Below are positions 11,575 to 25,450 of a stretch of DNA of 64,000 nucleotides, piece after piece. The notes under the pieces were generated by a model that had not been told where the DNA came from, made no database searches, and saw only the letters and a list, made by a program, of their open reading frames with translations. This stretch comes from Oikopleura dioica (taxonomy: Eukaryota; Animalia; Chordata). Every line of letters starts with the position of its first letter. The stretch's first letter is position 1. A program made the position numbers and the translations under genes. The stretch lies in contig OU015569.1 of the NCBI GenBank assembly GCA_907165135.1, positions 3,162,001-3,226,000 on the forward strand, read 5' to 3'.

Positions 11575-14500
11575 TCATCCAAGCTCGTGGCTTGGCGTGG
11601 AGGGGAGCAGTCCCCCACCACTGGTGCCTGCGTTGGGGGCTGCGGAGAAACGCGAGTGCGCGCCGATCTTGGGTGTCAGGTCGCCGTCTGAATAGCATTT
11701 TGAAAGAGGCTCCTCTTTCGACTTCTGCATATCGCCCCTACACTCACCAGAGATGACAGATTCAGTGCGCGCGCGTGGCTCCGAGGTCTTCTTGTAGCTC
11801 ACGGAGAAGATTGAGCTCGATTGAAGAGAGTTGGCAACGGAGCCGGACTCGGACTGGGTATCCGACACAAGCCGCCGCAGGGGCTCGCTTGTTGGGGAGG
11901 ACTTACGGACTCCGAGGGTTCGGCTCCGCATGAGGGGTGGAGAAGCTCAGTGCAGTACTTTTCGAAACTGTTGTTCGTCGGCAGCCGTAGCTTTCTGATC
12001 GTCTCCACCAAGTAGGAATTGCGATCTTCGAAGAAATGTCTAAAAAACGACTTCATTCCCTGGAAGCAACAAAAGCGCTCACCGATATCCATCAATTTTG
12101 CTCCTAAGAGCTCTGGCTGCGTTCACCGCCGTTTCACGCACTAGAACTCCAAGAACATCGCCAGAAACAATCATGTTGTCTGTCAGCGGACCAAAGAAGG
12201 GCAAGTTCTCCTTTTGAATGATTCTAATGCGGAAGAAGTTGTCCTTGGAAAGTGGGTAGATGCAAATGACAACGTCAGCGAATTCAGACGAAATTATTGA
12301 TGTACGGTACTCGCGCCAGTGCTCAGACCAGATTATTTGCACGTTGTCGTTGCCAATATGACGCACTTGATAAAGAGAGGCTGAGTTAAGATTTTAATAG
12401 GCGCGTACCTTTTATATGGGCAGGCTCTTCGTGGTTGAACATGGTCGAAACATGATACATTAATTCTAAAGACGAGTCGGCGTAATAAATCGAAGAGAAG
12501 CCCGTGCTCCCGTTGTCTTGGAGGCCTCCCATGTACCCTCGATGGTTAGACAGCTCGATTTCCCAGCCCAAAGAGCGAACAAAGTTCTCAAATGCCCGCT
12601 ACAAAGGCCTTTAGCGCTATAATTTATGATAGAACTTACAGATCCAGCTTTGTTCGAAAGAATCGACTGTTTGTCCTCTTGGCCATTGCCGACATAAATG
12701 CAAGCGAACTTGTGATTCTCGCGGATTGGCCCTCGATTGTCGAGATTTTTTAACTCGCGCTTGAGACGCTCCACTTTATGGAGCAAGTCGACTTTTTGCC
12801 TCTTCTCCCACGTGAGAAAGCCCAGCTGCGAAAGCAGAAATCTAGAGCGCCAGAACGTATTGTCGATAATAGAAGCAGTCGACGGTTTTGGCTTGGCGTT
12901 GAAAAAATGCGAGTCTGTGAGGCGAAGACGCGGGCGCGACTGAAGCTCGACGATGAATTGTTCTTTGATGGTGTCGATGATTCGGTGCTCGAATTCCTCA
13001 CTAAAAGGAGCTTTCGAAGGCACAGTCAGAGGCACGTCGATTAGACATTCTTGAGACTTCGAGTTGATATAACGAAGCATTTGTTCTAGACGATCTTTGC
13101 ATCCAATCTGAATTAATTGTTGAGTAAATATGAACAAACCTAGAGACTTTTACCTGAAGGGGCGATTCACTAGTCGGCAAAGAAGTCTCAATATTCAGAA
13201 CACTTTCGTCCTCAAGCTGCTCATGATCCCCATATTGCCAGTAATCGGCCAGTGAATACGACTGATTCTCCTCTCGATTGTCCAGAAAGTCGCTAGTACT
13301 ATGTGTCTTTTCTAGCGAATCCGATCCAATGTAGTCTGAATCGCTAGCCAAGCTTTCCGTCCCTTTTTCTGAAGCGGTCCCTTCTTCTTTGTTTATTTCT
13401 TCTTTGACATCTATCTCGTTTTCTAGCGAGTCCAGAATCTGGCAACTCCAGGAGTGTTTTCCTGCGTGTGTTCTTGTTATTACTCGAACTAAAAAAGTGA
13501 TTAGAAAGACACAGAACTAAGAAGAATTACCTTTGTCTTCGAATTCAATCAAAGTCACAATACACCGCTCGTCGATTGAAATAAATTGACAGTTTTTACT
13601 GAAACGGCAAATAAAGATAAAAAAAGGATGGTATAATAAACTCACCTTTCTAGCAATTGGGTATCGTCAAGGTCAGTTCCGTCGCTATCTAGAATGGTGG
13701 AGGACATCAGAGTTGGGCCAAATTTAAGGGGAAAATGATTCAAATGAATGGTTATTCTGTCCAAGCAGCATTGAGCAGCTTGCTTGAATTTCTAAAAAAG
13801 TAAAAAAACATAAGAAGAATTGAGAAGGAAGGATTTACTTGATTGCCCCGTGGCTCATCAGTAGAGTTCTCGGCAGTCCACTCGTTGATGGGCGCGATGA
13901 TGGTGTTTGGATCGAAGAGGTCGGTTTGGAGTGCGGACAGGTCGAATTCAAAGGAAGTGGAGCGATCGCCCGTTGCGATCTTGAACGTTTTTACAATCAC
14001 TTCGAATATACAGGTTTCCTCGGTTAATTCCATATTGAGCGGCTCCAGAAGTGCGGCTAGAGGGATAAATTATTGTCATACTTCAGTTTTAGAGCTACCT
14101 GGCTCGATAGACAATGTCCATTCTGCAATCAAGAAAAGCAGAACTGTAAAAAGCCTGTTTTCCCGTAATCTCGTCGAATACTTCAACTAAAAAGAGCTTG
14201 CTTTTTTCGTCTCTTGGCTAATTTTACCATTAGATCGGATGTAATCAAGGGCAGGACGGTGAGAATCGTGCAGTACAAACTGCGACATAGCGAGAGAAGT
14301 TCTTTGTTGTATTTGACAAGAGTTCTGAGGCAGCTTACAGCGGCGACAGCGACATTTATGTCATCAGATCTTTTGATCGACATCAGGCAGATTGACAAGG
14401 CTAGAAAGAGTTAAAATAACTTTTATGGGCAGAAACCCCTACCTTTGGCAATATCAGGCAGAGAAGGGTCTGGCATAGTCAGTCGACTGACGAGCCAAAG

Positions 14501-17500
14501 AGAAAGGGATTGAAAAGCAACGCATCGAGAGTGGCCCGACGGATCAAATTGGCAAGAAGAAATGATAAACTCGCCAATTCGTCGCTGGTACTCTTCATCG
14601 TCTCTAGTTACAAAGATGAGGGATTGAACCAGTTGCTGTGCTTCCACGCGTGGGCAACCATCGTCAAGATCGGAGGATTTGGCAATTTTTTCACAAGCGT
14701 CGAGAAAGTGCGGAATGAGCACTTGAGAGCCAGGAAGATTTCGGGAAAAGAATCCACCGCCGCAGCTTTTGACAGCTTTGTAGGTGAACTCGAGATTGTC
14801 AGTTTGGACTAGAGACCAGCGTAGCAAGCGATAGAACTGGCAAACCATGTGCGTATCCAGCTCATAGTCGTTGTAGATATTGACGATGAACTGGCGGCAA
14901 ATGAGCTCCAGAGCGAGTGACTGACCATCTTGGAAACGAGAGTCGAGTTGAAATGCACCAAGACACCAGGGAACGAATAAGTAAAGCGGAGGAACTAGCT
15001 CGGGTGGCTCTGGCGTCTCAGTGTTCGTCACTGAAACTGCAAGGTTATTGCGCACCTTATACAAAATCTCCCATTGCTTGTGCAGGTAGCCAAAGACGCG
15101 TGCGTGAATCTCTGGATTTTCGATTTTATTCACATCCCCAAGTACACCGAGAATCCGCTTCCACAAAACATAGGCGACATCCGCTGACCAGCCAGTCTTT
15201 CGACCACCAGCCATGACAGTTGTGTCCTCATCGATGTCCGTAAACTCATCTGGCAGTTCTGGATTAACATCGTTGCGGATGATGATCGAGTTCGTGTCGT
15301 AAGGGCCAAATCCCATGTCGGATTCCGAGCGCGCGAATGTTGAGTTACCCGTTTTATTTCCAAAAACCATCGGCGGTGTTTCATCAAAACTTTCAGACAC
15401 ATGATCCTGGTGATTAATCGCAGGATTCCAATCTTGGGTGAGCGAAGCAGTCTCCGACTCACCACCATCAGTGTTGTTGAATCTGGCAGAAAACGACTCG
15501 CTGTCACCAGTCTTTGGCCCTTTGAAAGAACCACCTGAGCGGGTTCGGTACCGCAGGCTACCGTTTTCGCCAGTTTTGAAAAGCTCGGCATCCGAGTGAG
15601 CTCGTTTTATCCTCGAGTCAGCTTCCTGTCCAGCATTTTGTCCATCAAGTTGCGATTTCGAGAAAAACTTCGGGTCGCGGATTGACGCCCCATCTGGCGC
15701 GGAAATTGGCGATGCTAGCTGATGCCCTGCCGCTCCTTGCTGAGCCGTGTTTTGTTGCGTTTCTTTTGGAGCTTCTGCTGGCCTTCGCTTACCTCGTCTT
15801 CTAGCACCAGAGCGGTCGAGGGGAAGTGCGTCGATGTCGAGGTTGTAAACATGTTGAATGAGCATGTTGGACACGACCTCCATCGTTTTGGCCCATTCCG
15901 TGATGAGCACTGACAAATGCGTCATTTCCTTGCTCAGCATCAGCATGTCGTTCCATAGTTCTGAAGAAACAGCAGCGTACAAAGACGCCTTGATCCACGC
16001 GACGATTAGTGTCTGAATCAACGGCTGCGTTACACTGCTGGATAATGCACCATTTGGCGAATCTGCGTTGTTCAAATGGGCACGAGTGATGTGCACGAGA
16101 ATAATAAGCAGTTGATTCCACGTGTCGTCATTCATCTCCAAGTGCATAATTATCGAGCGGTACTGATTGATGACGTCTTTGCAAGTGCACGAGTGCATTT
16201 CGATCATGTCAGGTTTTGGGTTCAGAAGGAAGACATACGACGAGTTGACGATGAAGGATTGTAACGCCGCCTGGTCGCCAGCACGAACGATGTCTTCTGG
16301 CGAGCCATCGTACTTTGGCTCCTCGCACCAAACCGGTTTGACACAAGGAGGCTGCCGTCCTTCGTTCGCGTTCAGCCACATGCTGAAGGCTTTGATCACC
16401 ACTCCCGCCGGGCTAATCGCCTTTTCTTTGTCATAAATACAATCGTCCACCTTGACAAAGGGTAGAAGAAACGCCTGGCGGAAGATTTCATGCACTAAAT
16501 TTACGTTTTCGCGGTTCGAAAACACCGTAGCGCGGATAATCTTGCCGTGTCTTCTGTGCTCTTCTTCGGACTCGAACGAAGATGAAACGCTTTCCTTGTC
16601 GTTTTCAGTTGTAGACGAGTTGTTTTCATGACTGCTGAGCTCGTCGGTTTCGTCAAGCGTTTCCATTTGCCCCTTGCTCTGTCGGGTCTTTTTCGGCGTG
16701 TTTTCGCTCTCCGGAACATCGATGCAGTACTGAACGAGCCACTGGATAAAAGCGACACGAGCTGGGAGAAGATCGTCTTTTGCCGAAATAGCCGAATCCA
16801 CAGAGCCCGTGTCGTCGATATATTTCACGTAGTCGTGCTGCTGTGGAATTGTTAGATGAAGCTGCAAGGATGTATTATAAATATCCGTGGATAGGTCCAA
16901 ATCGGTAAAGATATTCTGGAGATAGTATTCCTTGAACATGTCCCACATGAATTCAAAGCCTCGTTTCTCCAGCTTCTTGTCCTTCCACTTGAAAGCAGCG
17001 GAGTAAGTGGCCATCGTACCGATCACTGTCTGTGTGAAGATCTTTATCAGGTACCAGTTTTGATCCTGACTTTCTTTTACTTCGGGTGGGACGATCGGCT
17101 GTATCGGAACAGGAGTGATGATGCCTCCTACGTTTTCGTTGATCAACGAAGATAGTGTATGGCTTCGGCCATCGGAGCCCTTTGGACTAGGCATTCCGGG
17201 GATAAGGCTAGCATAGATCATTCTCGCATGCTCGCCAGCGTTGTCCTGCAACGCTTGAAACCACTGGAGAAAGATCTCCGTCCCTCGAATTCGCGTGTGA
17301 AGACAATTCTCAGGGTGGATCAAACGCTTGACAACGTCCAGGATTGAGTTGTACTGCCAGCGTTGGTTGATCTTGTCTGGCATTAAAAAGATCATCTCCT
17401 CGAGGACCCAAATGATTTGCTCGAGCTCTTCCTGCCCTCGCCGACCAGTTTGACCCCGGAGCTTTTGCTCCGTGATGAGAAAGTTTTCATAAAAGACATA

Positions 17501-17723
17501 GAAGAAGTGCGTGTCAAATTGATAGAATATCGTCTAGAACAACAAGTTAGACGTAATGAGTTAGTGAAGGACGAACCTGATGGTCTGCTACCTGAGTGGC
17601 ATTTTCAATGATATGGCGGAGGTTTGCAAGGCGCTTGTCCGGATCGCGCTTCGGGTCGAGGAGCTTCTGTATTGACTTGCGAACTCCATCACTCCCCTTT
17701 TTGTTGCCTCGAATGTTAAACAT
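11575..17723 (-). CDS. RALGAPA: Ral GTPase-activating protein alpha subunit
   Basis: N-terminus with KSIQKLLDPK and LIHPEN...FLQWFQALQDN; GWSADVAYVLWKRILGVLGDVN; Rap/Ran-GAP domain ENHKFACIYVGNGQEDKQSILSN, HRGYMGGL, RHIGNDNVQIIWSEH, FFGPL. Confidence 0.93.
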
Positions 17724-17998
17724 GTATGGCAGTAAGTCAAGTAGCTACAGAAAGTACTACTGGCTATAATCAGCGATCAAACTCGTCCCGACCCATCAAA
17801 CTCAACAATTTTCCTGCGAAAATGGTAAAAATCAAAGAATTCGACAAGGAAAGAATAAAATCAAGCATGTTACATGTATTGGTCCTTTTTCGGAAGTTTG
17901 GACAAAGAAAGAAAGAGAAACAGATAGGGCAATGAGAAGGAGCAAGTAATGAGTGAGAAAGAGAGATTATTCACAATGTTAGATCACGTGTCAGAATT

Positions 17999-20516
17999 TT
18001 ATCTGACTTTTTTGGGTCTTCCAATTTTTGAAGATTTTTTTCTTTTCGTTGATTTTTTCTTGGTTAGGTCGATTTCAGTACAGTCTTTTACTGGCAAGGC
18101 CGGATTGTCTTCTGGGTCTTCTATGTCGGGAGCTACTGGAATATAAATGCAACCGTCGTCTAATAACAACAGTTAGGAATAGTAACTAAAAGTGAATTAC
18201 CGAAATCTTCTTCGTCGCTGGAGAAAAAGGCTTCGATCTTTTCGACTTTTTCAACGTCGATTTCGATGTCTTGATAAAGCACATCTTCATCTGGAGGAAG
18301 AGATTTATCCTCGTCTTCTTCGTCGAATTCGGATTCTCTGAATTGATTTTAGAAATGAGAAAGGTAGAAGGAGGTTACTTTTCAACGTATTCGACGTTTT
18401 CATCGAGCTCTGTGAATTCAGGAGCAAAGGCGGACCAGTTTTCGACTTGATTTCTCGACCACACGGTCATCATACAATTCGAAACTGAAACAACGATGGG
18501 CCGCACCGGATGCCAGACAAGATCTAGCAATTGCTCTCCTCGAGTTCCCTGAAAGTTGGTAAAAGGATTTAGTAAAACCGGCGCCTGTGTTACATAATTG
18601 GCAGCGTCTATTTACCTCGAGAATTTTGACTAAATTCGTGTTTCCCGATTTGATCTCGCGTTCTTTTTCCCAAATGTAAATCTGGTGTTGCTTCGCGCTT
18701 CCCGCGCACACAAACATTCCATCGCCCGAGAAAACGCATGTCTTCCACAGCGTTCTGTTCACGAGATCCTGTAGCCGTTGAATAGGCTCAATCGTTGATA
18801 CGCAAGGTGGTTTCCCCTCGGGGATCGAGTAGTCGCTAATTATTTTCGAGCTTCAAAGATGCATGTTATCGCTACTAAAGGGCGGCAATTATAGATTTAC
18901 CTGTCATAAACACGAATAACTCGATCGACGGAGTTCACCAGAAAATGCGCGCCTTTTCATTGGGTCTTTAATCTTTCTTAAATCCACCTTTTCGCGTCTT
19001 AATTACAAGAGTAATTAGCTACTCGTTTTTATTAATAATTCGACCCTTACTTTCCGCGCGAATTTGATGTCCTTGACACCTTGGGACGTGTTGCCGACTT
19101 TGAACGCTTTGAGCAGCTTGTACTTCTTCGCGCAAATGATGAAGACTTTGCCCTTCGAGTTGCCAGCGTAAATGCATCTTCCGCGACGATCAAAGGCTGC
19201 GCAAACGCTCATGTCTCCATCCTCGACGCAGGGAAGAGAAATTCGCTCACCGCTTGTTTCTTTTTACGCGTTCGAAAATTGAAGACAACGAAGAATTATT
19301 TTCGGAAATTTTGAAGTCTCTTTCGATTTATTAGATTTACAAAAATTATAAAATCATGGCAATGCAAATAATTGCTATCAAAGAAATGACAAAGCAGATG
19401 CAGGGAAGCATGATGCGCGTGAATAACGAAGAGTTAAAGCTGTCTGCTAGACGCCAGTCACAAATGATCCAAAAGGAGCTTCGAAAAAGAGGATCACTAG
19501 GCAAAAATTGGAACCCAGAATACCTGAATAAGACGACAAAAAGGAAGAGAAGGGAAAATGTAAATATTTTCGTCCAGATTGTGTATTTTTTGCTAAAAGT
19601 AAGATAAAAAATATGGGCGAGTAGTAGGAGGGCCATATTTACCGATGTGTTACAAAATCATCGTCTGAAATTGGTGAAAGCAAGCTCCGCTTTTTCTGGC
19701 TCATTATTACACTGTTCCTACAATCAGGCGGCTTCGAATCTGAGTTCGTTGAAGAATTCTTGAAAGAAGAATCATTCAAGATTTTGTCATGATTCCCGAT
19801 CGAGTTGGAACTGGCCCCTTCGCAGTTCTCTGTCAATGAGGGAATCATTCTGTCAAACACCTCTACTGTAGTGATATTTTATTCCTATCGAGATCGGCTA
19901 TTGCTTTTCTATCGAAAACGAAGAAAAAAATCGGATCGATATTCATTAAGAAGGCAAAGAAACGACGCACGTCCTAGGGGAATATCTCCCCGATATGAGT
20001 AGATTGAGCGTAGTTTTTTTATTATGAAATTATTGGTTTCTTTCCCGGTTGGAATATTTCTTTAAAGGTTTTCTTATTTAAAATGTGGCTTTTGGAACGC
20101 GTGGCTAGAATAATCGGAGGTAATTTCATCGGGCAAACGAGTAGTTGCTTGTCATTTCGTGGGTTGAAACAAGCGGATTGAACGGGCCCAGGAAATCGAA
20201 AACTGTACTCGGCCTCGTTGGTGAGCACATTCCAAATAGCGACGGTGTGATCTGTTCCCGCCGTGACAAGCTTGTTCCCTTTGCGATTCCAGCCCACTGA
20301 ACAAATGGAAGAAGTGTGCGCGAGAATAACTTTCGCCGTCCGTCTCGTCAGAAAGTCCCAAATGACAATTCGCCCATCGTTGCAGCCCGTGGCGAGAAGA
20401 CTTCCTCGACGATTGAAGCTCGCGGCGAGAGTGTTGTTCGTCGAGTCTAAGACTCCGTCGAACTCTTCTGGATAAGTGTAGTTTTGCCCATACGCTTCCA
20501 ATAGCTCCAAGTTCAT
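17999..20516 (-). CDS. RBBP5: COMPASS/MLL subunit RBBP5 (WD40)
   Basis: MNLELLEAYGQNY...PEEFDG, GCNDGRIVIWDFLTR, AFDRRG, LQDLVNRT.WK, WHPVRPI, ENWSAFAPEFTELDENVEY. Confidence 0.95.
19346..19848 (-). CDS. Nested orphan gene in RBBP5 intron 1: about 150 aa, Ser-rich N-terminus, two hydrophobic segments
   Basis: ATG 19848; GT-AG intron 19642-19593 joins the 73-aa and 96-aa ORFs in frame (THR|KKYTIW); stop at 19346; AATAAA at about 19332-19327. Confidence 0.6.
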
Positions 20517-20679
20517 TTCATTCAAGAAAAACCCTAAAATAAAACTATAATATCAGATATCAATGTCTAGTTATTTTCCCGTGTTCGTGAAGAAATACAT
20601 GAGTTTTAATACAAGTCGTGGAGCAGGGAGTAGTAATGAGTGGGAACTTTGCAGAAATATTGAAAGAAAAAAGGGGAAA

Positions 20680-21868
20680 TTAGATAAAATCGCCGCCGAA
20701 AGGGTCGCCAAATCGTCCCCGTCCACCTCTTCTCGGGCCTCCTCTGGGGAAGTGATTTCCTGGGAAATCTGGAGCGTCAGGATCTCGACGGCCAAACATA
20801 TCCGGATCTTGAAAGGCTCCTGGTGCAAAAGGGGGGTCCCCGCGAATCGGGCCGATTCCGCCCGGCATCGGCATTCCTGGTCGCAAATCGTAGTCGCCTC
20901 CGATCATTCCTGGAACTCCTGGGAATCGAGGCGCGGGGAACAATGGATCGGGGAAAATCGGCCGAGGAGGAACTTGGATATTCGGCTCCGATTGAGTTCC
21001 ACGTGGTCTAGCTGCGGACTTGTCCCGTTGGTAAGATAGTCCGTACAATTTTCGCCATGATGCTTCGTCCAACCCAATTGTGGTGAAATTTTTAAAGTAG
21101 AGTCTTTTCCATAGACTTTCATCGCTTCCCACTTTTTGCAGTCGCTTGCACGTGGCACTGAGTCTCACAAGGCTTTTAGCATCGAGACGGGCACAGATAT
21201 CAAGGAGGATTTCGTCCGGAAGGGCGAGAAATCCTTTCGCTAGTCCACTCAACTCTTTGAACTTTAAAACAACTTTGGGGAGTATTTCTGTCAGCTTCTC
21301 CTTCTCGTCTTCAGAATTGGCGACAAACGATTCGGTGAAAACTGTAGCTTCGTATGTTCCGATTAAATTTACGACGTAAATTGTAGATGAAGGAATGTCG
21401 CTTTTGATGAAGTTCATTTTTGCTCCTGGAATCGGGCCATAACTGTACGTTTTTTGCCCGCTTGTGTCGACTGAATATTAATGTAGAAAATTGAATATAA
21501 AAGCATTTTGGTTACCATCTAGTCGAAACTTTAGTAGACTGAAAATATCGCCAAGAGGGGGAGGAGTGGAAATAGAAGCAACTAGATGAACTCGAATTCT
21601 GTCACCAGCGACGATTCCATGATCAGAAAAAGCTCCACTTAGAGGCAACATATCGGTCCCGTTTAGTGAAAGATCGAAATGATTCTCGGAAGCTGCTTCT
21701 CCAGAGATATCTTTTTCACGTAATAATCAAGATGCTCTTGGTTTAATGTTTGATTTAAATAATCCTTATTAACGTTCCTGCTGAAATTTTCGAGCGAAGA
21801 TCAGTTAGATCCGTTGCTTCCAAAGAAGTGTTTATATTTAGCAAGGGCTCTTTTATCCGAAGACGCAT
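20680..21868 (-). CDS. FBXO7: F-box only protein 7-like (UBL, short FP-like region, F-box, Pro-rich tail)
   Basis: MRLRIK...FDLSLNG...HGIVAGDRIRV (UBL); LALPDEILLDICARLD (F-box); PGMIGGDYDLRP tail typical of FBXO7/PI31. Confidence 0.85.
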
Positions 21869-22054
21869 TATTTTCTTAAGAAAATGATCTTTATCAATTG
21901 GTTGAACATTTTATTCAAATTTTGAAAAAAACTGATAATTGATAATTGAACTATCTGGAGGTTTTCTGGATGTTTCAGTTTGGCAGTATTTGTAGGATAC
22001 TGTACAGTAGTGATGGCAGCGAGTGTAGCCTCCATGAGGTTATTTTCGGCGATT

Positions 22055-25000
22055 TTAGAGCGATAGTCTTTTCATTTTACTAGCGGGAAGTGCATTTGTG
22101 CACGCTTCGATGAGCAAATTTCGTTTTCGATCTACGAATTCCACAATTGCTGCATCCTCCTCTTTTCCATTTTTCTTTTTTTGCGCCATTTCTTCCATCA
22201 GCTCCACCGAGTTGCGCCATGTTTCGTCGTCCAGCTGAGCCGTTGCAAGCGCCAGTTCCACTTCTTCCTTCTCCTTAATTCAATTGTTTCGATAAGGCTC
22301 TTATCGTAGAGTTTATACCTCATTTAGCTCGATTGCGCGGTGGATAACACCTTCTTCGAAGCCCGCTAATTTGGCGATTTCAATTCCATAACTCTGCGCA
22401 CAGGGGCCTTCGGAGACTTTGTACAAGTGTGTGATTTTCCCATCACGGACGAAGACAGAAGTGTGCATGTTGAAAACACCTTCGCAGCGAAATGCAAGGC
22501 TAGCCATTTCGTGGTAGTGGGTCGCGTAGAACGTCAATGATTTTATTTCTAGATGTTTTAATTTTACGAAGGGTCTAGCTTTACTAACTGGTAGCAATGT
22601 GCTCCGAAATCGCATACGCCAATCCGAAACCGTCCCAGGTGCTGGTTCCTCGCCCAAGTTCGTCAATAAGCAACAGCGAACGCTCTAAATAGAACTGAGG
22701 TTATAAGAAAAATACCATTATTTCTCTTAAACCTATCCTACTTATACAATTCGACATTTTCATGGTTTAAATCCGATATAATTTTCGTTGTTTTAAAAGC
22801 GCTACAAACCTGTGGCGTAGCGGAAGATTGCTTCTGTTTCGATCATTTCGTGCTGAAAAGTCGAGATGCCTCGTTGTAGATTATCTCCAGCCCCGATTCG
22901 GGCGATGATTGTGTCTACTATTGGCAGTCGAGCACTAGCTGGAAAAAGGTTCAAAGAGTGTCTCACTTACTAGATCATAAAAAGAGACAATGAAACCATT
23001 CCTGCAGGAACAAATGACCCCATTTGCGCAAGGAGGCAACAAAGACCAACGCTACGTAGAAACGTTGACTTCCCGCCCATATTTGGGCCGGTTAACAGCA
23101 TCAATCGTCGACTCTCACTCATTGCCACATCGTTTGGTACGCATTCCGCTAGTTGGCTTTCCAAAATCGGGTGGCGGAGTTCCTCAATTTCCATTTCTTT
23201 CTCTTTCACAAACTCAGGTTTCGCCCATGGTTCGCTCGCCGCCAGCGCAGAATGAGCAAGAGCCAGGAGAGCATCCAATGATCCAGTGACATCTCCGATT
23301 TGTAGCAGATACTTAGTGTAGCTCAATACAATGCCCATCATTCTTTGGACAATATCGCGAGTTAGTTCTTGGACGATGACGTTAAACTCATTGAATTCAT
23401 CGGACAAGGCTTGAAGACGTCCACTCGTGAAGGTGATTGCGCCTTTGGTGGTTGAAACACGACTGTATCGACCCTTTTTCTCCGCGGATGAAACCGCCTT
23501 GTCGTTTTTGTTTGTAACCCGGAAAACCTTTCCTCCGATTGTGACAGGAGCGTCGACGATGCTCACTTCGGAGATCGCCAAGTCTAGATCTTCAGCTGCA
23601 TCTCCGACGAGTTCATTCATTCTGGACACGACTTCGTCCGCCTTTTCAACTTGCTCATCGAGCTCTCCGCTGATGCCTCGTTTAATTGACAATGAATGAC
23701 GGCCCATGTCGATGTGGCTTTCGAATAGCAGAATCAGTTTTTGAATTTTGCCATCGACGATGTTCAGCGGCGAGAGAATTCTAGAGTAAAGACAAATTAA
23801 CGTCTTCTGCTCAAGGAAAGTAACTTACGGTTCAAAGATCGGATCCTCTGCTTCTTTCATTATTTCGATGATCGCAGGAACTCTCTTGCACAAATCGTGA
23901 ATGCGACAAAAGCTGCGCAGAGTCGCCTTCGCATTTATCCCCTTTGCCGATTCCGTCTGCTTCATTTTGAACGCGATGCGAGTAATGTCCGGTATACCCT
24001 TCAAGGCGACGGAAGAAAGGCGTTCTCGTACATCTCCGTTTTCGATGAAAGCGGCGACGATATTCTGGCGCTCAAGAATCGACTCTTCGAGCATAAGCGG
24101 CTGAGTTATCCACTGACGAACGCGGCGTATTCCATGCGGCGTGGCGCAGTGCATCGACAAAATTGAAAACAAGCTCTTCTCTGTATCAGAACAAAGATGA
24201 AGATTTTCGAAAATCGAGGAGTCCAGTCGCATCGTATTCGCCATGTTCAACGGGCTGACTTTGAAGAGCAATGGGCCGCTACTGCCACTTCCCATGTTCA
24301 AAAACTGCACCGCCGCGTGGAAGCAACCCATTTGCTCGCCATCATTGATCATTGAGCCTTTCGCAAAGAGAGATTTGCAATCTTCAGACTTTGGCTGCTC
24401 GAAATTTGATTTGGGAACTTTGGTGATCATTGCGCGGCAACGCTCGGCGATCCGCTCGAGTTTTGGATTCGAAGAAGTGACGAGGACTTCTTTAACTTGC
24501 GACTGGATAAAGATCGACTCCAAATTGGACAGTTTTGGATCATCATCAAGCGTCGCAACTTCTACTTCTCTGGCTTCGCCGTCCACGATGGCGAGAGAGT
24601 AGCGTTCTCCTTTGAGTTGCAAGCCCATGATTTTCGTTGACGGAATGTAGGAGTCACCCGAGGGATCGAAGATGAAATGCTCGACGCAGGAGAGATTCCC
24701 TGGCGATCCATAGTTGACCTCCCACTCCTCATCTCGTCCTTCCTCTTCGCCTCGCTCATATATCTCCACTCGATATCCACGGATGAAAACGAGCTCCTTG
24801 AGAAGCATGCGAAGCTGGATCAAGTTCATCATCGCCCACGGCATGTTGGTCGTATTCGCTTCTGTTTTTGCCTTGACGATGCTGTTTTCATTCTGCAGTA
24901 TTTCTACCATATGTCGTGTGTCATCCGCATGGACGGTGAAATGGCCCATGCTATCCATGCGAAAGACCCGAATGCAGTTTGCTTGCTTTTCTGGCAAGCT

Positions 25001-25066
25001 ATTCCAGAACTCTTTGAAGTGCTGACCGTTCACGCCTTTCAGCTGCGATTTGTAGTCTTTCGACAT
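22055..25066 (-). CDS. MSH2: DNA mismatch repair protein MSH2
   Basis: N-terminal [11 protein letters not shown]...VFR...FTVHADD; GSPGNL; Walker [15 protein letters not shown]; RIGAGD; [10 protein letters not shown]; YATHYHE; SYGIEIA. Confidence 0.93.
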
Positions 25067-25450
25067 TGCAGCCTTCTTAATTATTTACGTCGTATTTTTG
25101 TCAATACTCTCATTACAGATACAGTGTGTTAGTATGGCACTCAGAGTTACTGCTACAAAAAATGAAATTTTAGCTAAACTTTTTCACAGACTATTTTATT
25201 TTTGAAGATGATTATGATTTAATGATTGATCAACGGAATAAGATTTATTCCGATTAATTCACTGGAGAAGCGTTTCTAGAAAGCAAGAGAATTCTCTGCG
25301 GAATGGAGGAAGCGCACTTCTCGCGCGGGAGCGTTCAACTCCGGAGCTAATTGGTTGTTGCCGCGCGGGCTACTCTAACGCGACTAGTCTCACACTTTCT
25401 CGCACCTCAGGTTCACCACTGGCACCAGAGGATCACCAATTCTGTAAGTC

